Shown piece by piece: positions 59,838 to 64,000 of a stretch of 64,000 bases of DNA. Position numbers and translations under genes: made by a program. The notes under the pieces were generated by a model. That model saw only the letters and a list, made by a program, of their open reading frames with translations, was not told where the DNA came from and made no database searches. Within the stretch, counting starts at the first letter, position 1. Each line of letters begins with the position of its first letter. The stretch is from Squalus acanthias (lineage: Eukaryota), in contig CM059432.1 of assembly GCA_030390025.1 (NCBI GenBank), positions 54,810,001-54,874,000 on the forward strand, given 5' to 3'.

Positions 59838-61627
59838 TCTCACTCAGACCGGACGGACCACCCGGCATCGACCTAGGCACCGGACACGACAAAGGCACAC
59901 CCAGCCTAGTCGACCCTGCAAAGTCCTCCTTACTAACATCTGGGAACTTGTGCCAAGATTGGGAGAGGTGTCCCACAGACTAGTCAAGCAACAGCCTAAC
60001 GTAGTCATACTCACAGTATCATACCTTTCAGCCAACGTCCAAGACTCCTCCATCACCATCCTTGGGTATGCCCTGTCCCACCAGCAGGACAGACCAACCA
60101 GAGGTGGCGGTACAGTGGTATACAGTTGGGAGGGAGTGGCCCTGGGAGTCCTCCAACATTGTCTCCGGACCCCATGAAGTCTGAAGGCATCAGGTCAAAC
60201 ATGGGCTAGGAAACCTGCTGGTTGCCACCTACCGCCCTCCCTCAGATGAATCAGTACTCCTCCATGTTGAGCACCATTTGGAAGAAGCATTGAGGGTAGC
60301 AAGGGCACAGAACGTACTCTGGGTGGGGGACTTCAATGTCCATCACCAAGAGTGGCTCGGTAGCACCACTACTGACCGAGCTGGCCGAGTCCTGAAGGAC
60401 ATAGCTGCCAGTCTGGGCCTGCGACAGGTGGTGAGTGAACCAACATGAGGGGAAACCTACTTGACCTCGTCCTCACCAGCCTGCCTGTCGCAGATGCATC
60501 TGTCCATGACAGAATTTATTTTTAAAAAAGCTTTCCTCTACACTGCTATCAAGTGGCACTTACTCACCAATAACCTGCTCACCGATGCGCAGTTTGGGTT
60601 CCACCAGGACCACTCGGCTCCAGACCTCATTACAGCCTAGGTCCAAACATGGACAAAAGAGCTGAATTCCAGAGGTGAGATGAGAGTGAGTGCCCTTGAC
60701 ATCAAGGCAGCATTTGACCGAGTGTGGCGTCAAGGAACCCTAGTAAAATTGAAGTCAATGGGAATCAGCGGGAAAACTCTCCACTGGCTAGAGTCATACC
60801 TAGCACAAAGGAAGATGGTTGTGGTTTTTGGAGGCCAATCATCTCAGCCCCAGGACATCACTGCAGGAGTTCCTTGGGGGCAGTGCCCTCGGCCCAACCA
60901 TCTTCAGCTGCTTCATCAATGATCTTCCCACCATAATAGGGTCAGAAGTGGGGATGTTCGCTGATGATTGCAGTGTTCAGTTCCATTCGCAACTCCTCAG
61001 ATAATGAAGCAGTCTGTGCTGGCAAGCAGCAAGACCTGGACGATGTTCAGGCTTGGGCTGATAAGTGACGAGTAACATTCGCGCCACACAAGTGTCAGGC
61101 AATGACCATCTCCAACAAGAGAGTGTCTAACCACCGCCCCTTGACATTCAACGGCATTACCATCGCCAAATCCCTCACCATCAACATCCTGGAGGGGTCA
61201 CCATTGACCAGAAACTTAACTGGACCAGCCACATAAATACTGTGACTACAAGAGGAGGTCAAAGGCTGGGTATTCTGCGGCGAGTGTCTCACCTCCTGAC
61301 TCCCCAAAGCCTTTCCACCATCTACAAGGCACAAGTCAGGAGTGTGATGGAATACTCTCCACTTGCCTGGATGAGTGCAGCTCCAACATCACTCGAAGCT
61401 CGACAGCACGTGTTGCAAAAGGACTCTCTAGTGCACACGCACAGTCTTTGTACCCGAGTCTATTCCAATAGTCTCAGTTAGAGGGGTGCTGGGGAAACTG
61501 ATCCAGACAAAACCAACATCAGGGACACCACAGGTGGAACTTGTCAATCTCGCCATGGAGCCCCGGCAGTAGCCAATCAAAGCACCAGAAGCAAAATCCT
61601 TTTGTGTCAGCTGTGGCTCAGTGGGTC

Positions 61628-61658
<31 letters not shown>

Positions 61659-62486
61659 GTTCAAGTCCCACTCCCGAGACCTGAGCGCACAAATCTAGGC
61701 TGACACTCCAGTGCAGTGCTGAGGGAGTGCTGCACTGTCGGAGGTGCCAGCTTTCGGAAGAGATGTTAAACCGAGGCCCTGTCTGCTCTCAGCTGGACGT
61801 AAAAGATCCCATGGCACTATTTCGAAGAGGAGTAGGGGAGTTATCCCCAGTGTCCTGGCCAATATTTATCCCTCAATCAACATAACAAAAACAGATTATC
61901 TGATCATTATCACATGGCTGTTTGTGGGAGCTTGCTGTGTGCAAATTGTCAGTTATGTTTCCTACATTACAACAGTGACTGCACTTCATTGGCTGTAAAG
62001 CGCTTGGGACGTCTGGTGGTCGTGAAAGATGTTATATAAATTCAAGTCTGTCTTTCTCTCTGGTAATTTCCAGAAACAGCCGGCGGGCTGGATAGAATCA
62101 TTCCACAGGCTGAATCCAGCCCACAGGCCATATCTTGCCCACCTCTGATCTACAGGATACACTGCAGCAACTCGCCAAGGCTTCTTCAACAGTACCTCCC
62201 AAACCCGTGACCTCTACCACCTAGAAGGACAAGGGCTACAGACGCATGGGAACACCATCACCTCCAAGTTCCCCTCCAAGTCACACACCATCCTGACTTG
62301 GAAATATATCGCCATTCCTTCATTGTCACTGGGTCAAAATCCTGAAACTATGGGAATACCTTCACCACATGGACTGCAGTGGTTCAAGAAGGCAGCTCAC
62401 CACCACCTTCTCGAGGGCAATTAGGGATGAACAGTAAATGTTGACCTTGCCAGCGATGCCGACATCCCATGAACAAATAAAAAAAA
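59838..62486 (+). mobile_element. CR1-like LINE, internally deleted and interrupted (~61405-62150)
   Basis: APE start LLTNIWELVPRL..., GDFN-coding ggggacttcaat, ALDIKAAFDRVW, MFADD; 3' end with A-tail at ~62480. Confidence 0.85.
61605..62058 (+). mobile_element. Full-length Deu-domain tRNA SINE
   Basis: A box tggctcagtggg, B box ggttcaagtcc, Deu core, L2-like tail. Confidence 0.85.
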
Positions 62487-64000
62487 CCTCTGTTCTCTTT
62501 CCTACTCTATTCCTTTAATGACCTCCTCCTCCACTTCTCACCAGCCCTATCCACTCTTTGCTGATGATTCCACTGTACATTCAGTAACATTCTTAAAATT
62601 GTACATCCTTATTGCTCACAACCTCCATTTCTCTCTGTAGTGGTTGAATATCAGTTTCTTGGTCTCTCCCATCCCCTTCTCTGAAGCAATGAAATCTAAT
62701 TTCTTTCAATTCTGCAGCCACAGTTTCTTCACGTCTTGCAAGTTTAACCAATAGACACCATCTCTAACTGATGGCTTCACCCATAATCCTCCTTAATCTA
62801 TCAGCATTCTTCGCTTCATTATCTACATTGAAATCCCACATCCCTATTTCTGAAGCTGTTTCCTTTGTCATACCAAACATTTTCTCCTCATACCTCTTAA
62901 CTATCTATGAAGCCCAAGTCTGTCCAAGACTTGAATATTACTCCTATATCTAGGAGGCTGTTCTAAAGCCTCTTGTCACACTTCCTTCAGTTGAATGTTA
63001 GTAAGATCGAAGCCATTCTCTGTAGCTCCTGTCAGCACTCCATGCCTATGATCGCAATTTCACCAACCTCCCTGGCTGCTATCTTGCGCTGAGCCAGAAA
63101 TGCCGTAACCCTGCTACTACTCGGCCCTGCACTCTGCTTCCTCCCCTCTTCCATTCTTTACTAAACGGTCTGCTTCAACCTCAAAGTTTGACCGCCTCTG
63201 CCCAATCTCTCCCTTTCTGCTGCCGAAACCCTACTCTGCCTTCATCACCCCAAGCTTGATTTCTTCAAAGTCAACCTAAGTGGCCATTCCACATCAACCC
63301 TACACAAGCATAAGTTCCATACTGCTGTCACCCCTATACTTTCCAAGCTCCCTGTGCCCCAGCAAATTGATTTGAAAATTCTCATCTTTGTTTCAAATCA
63401 CTCCAAGGCTTTGTCTCACCCTACCTTAATGATCTTCTACCTTACAGCCTTGCATGGACCCATCAATCCTCTAACACTGGATTTCTCATCCCTTCTTCCA
63501 CATCACCATTGGCAGTCTCTTGTTCAAATTGAACTTTGAATTCTCTACCCACTTTCCTCCACTTTGCCATCTCCCTCCCTAATTTAAAACTCTCCTGGAA
63601 ACCCTCCTCCTCATCCTAGCCTCTCCATTTATGTGCCCTTTCTCCACATTCAGCCACGGTATCCCAATCATCCTTATTGTAACTCTGAGATGTCCTCTGC
63701 ATGTGAGAAGTGCATCATTGCGCACACAGCATTCCTCTTCCCAAAAACCTCACTTTTGAAATAGAGATCATTGCACAGTCTTCTACTGTAACTCATTCCT
63801 TCCCCAAACCAGAACTCCTTACTACTTATTTCTCATTGTAGTACAGTCTTAAAGTTTTTTAAACTCTGGCTTCGTGTCATCTAGTCACGACTTTCTAACT
63901 TTTACTTTTTTCAACTGTAGTCCTTGTTCTATTGGCTTTGGTTCCTTCAAATTACTTCTCAGTATAAACATTTTTAAAACTACTGTATTTGTTTCAACAT

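Noticed and set aside
61612..61680. tRNA gene
   Set aside because: A and B boxes belong to a SINE head that continues into the Deu core; no complete cloverleaf seen

Overview
Eukaryotic, repeat-rich genomic DNA. The TE complement (Deu-domain SINEs, HE1-like SINE, CR1/L2 LINEs, Penelope elements) suggests a cartilaginous fish; this is inferred from recognition, not a search. The only host gene is the 5' part of a Src-family kinase, most likely YES1, on the + strand. It has a CpG-island promoter and probable non-coding exon 1 at about 16.8-17.33 kb, a ~32 kb intron 1, and the first coding exon at 49483-49755 (MGCIKSKEDK...). The SH3 exon was not seen in the window. Directly upstream of the promoter is a ~5.4 kb G-rich 20-27 bp satellite whose unit closely matches the CTCF core motif and grades into the CpG island. 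Further upstream is a ~10.6 kb nested stack: an L2 containing SINE > Penelope > solo LTR, and CR1 > Harbinger > solo LTR. The most notable non-coding signal is a minimal type I hammerhead ribozyme in the Penelope 3' tails. There are three complete copies, plus a palindromic ~220 bp derivative and a truncated one that both break at the same core nucleotide; most of these insertions have 13-14 bp target-site duplications (TSDs). There is a 346-nt N gap at 17359-17704. Coordinates of old TE fragments are approximate.
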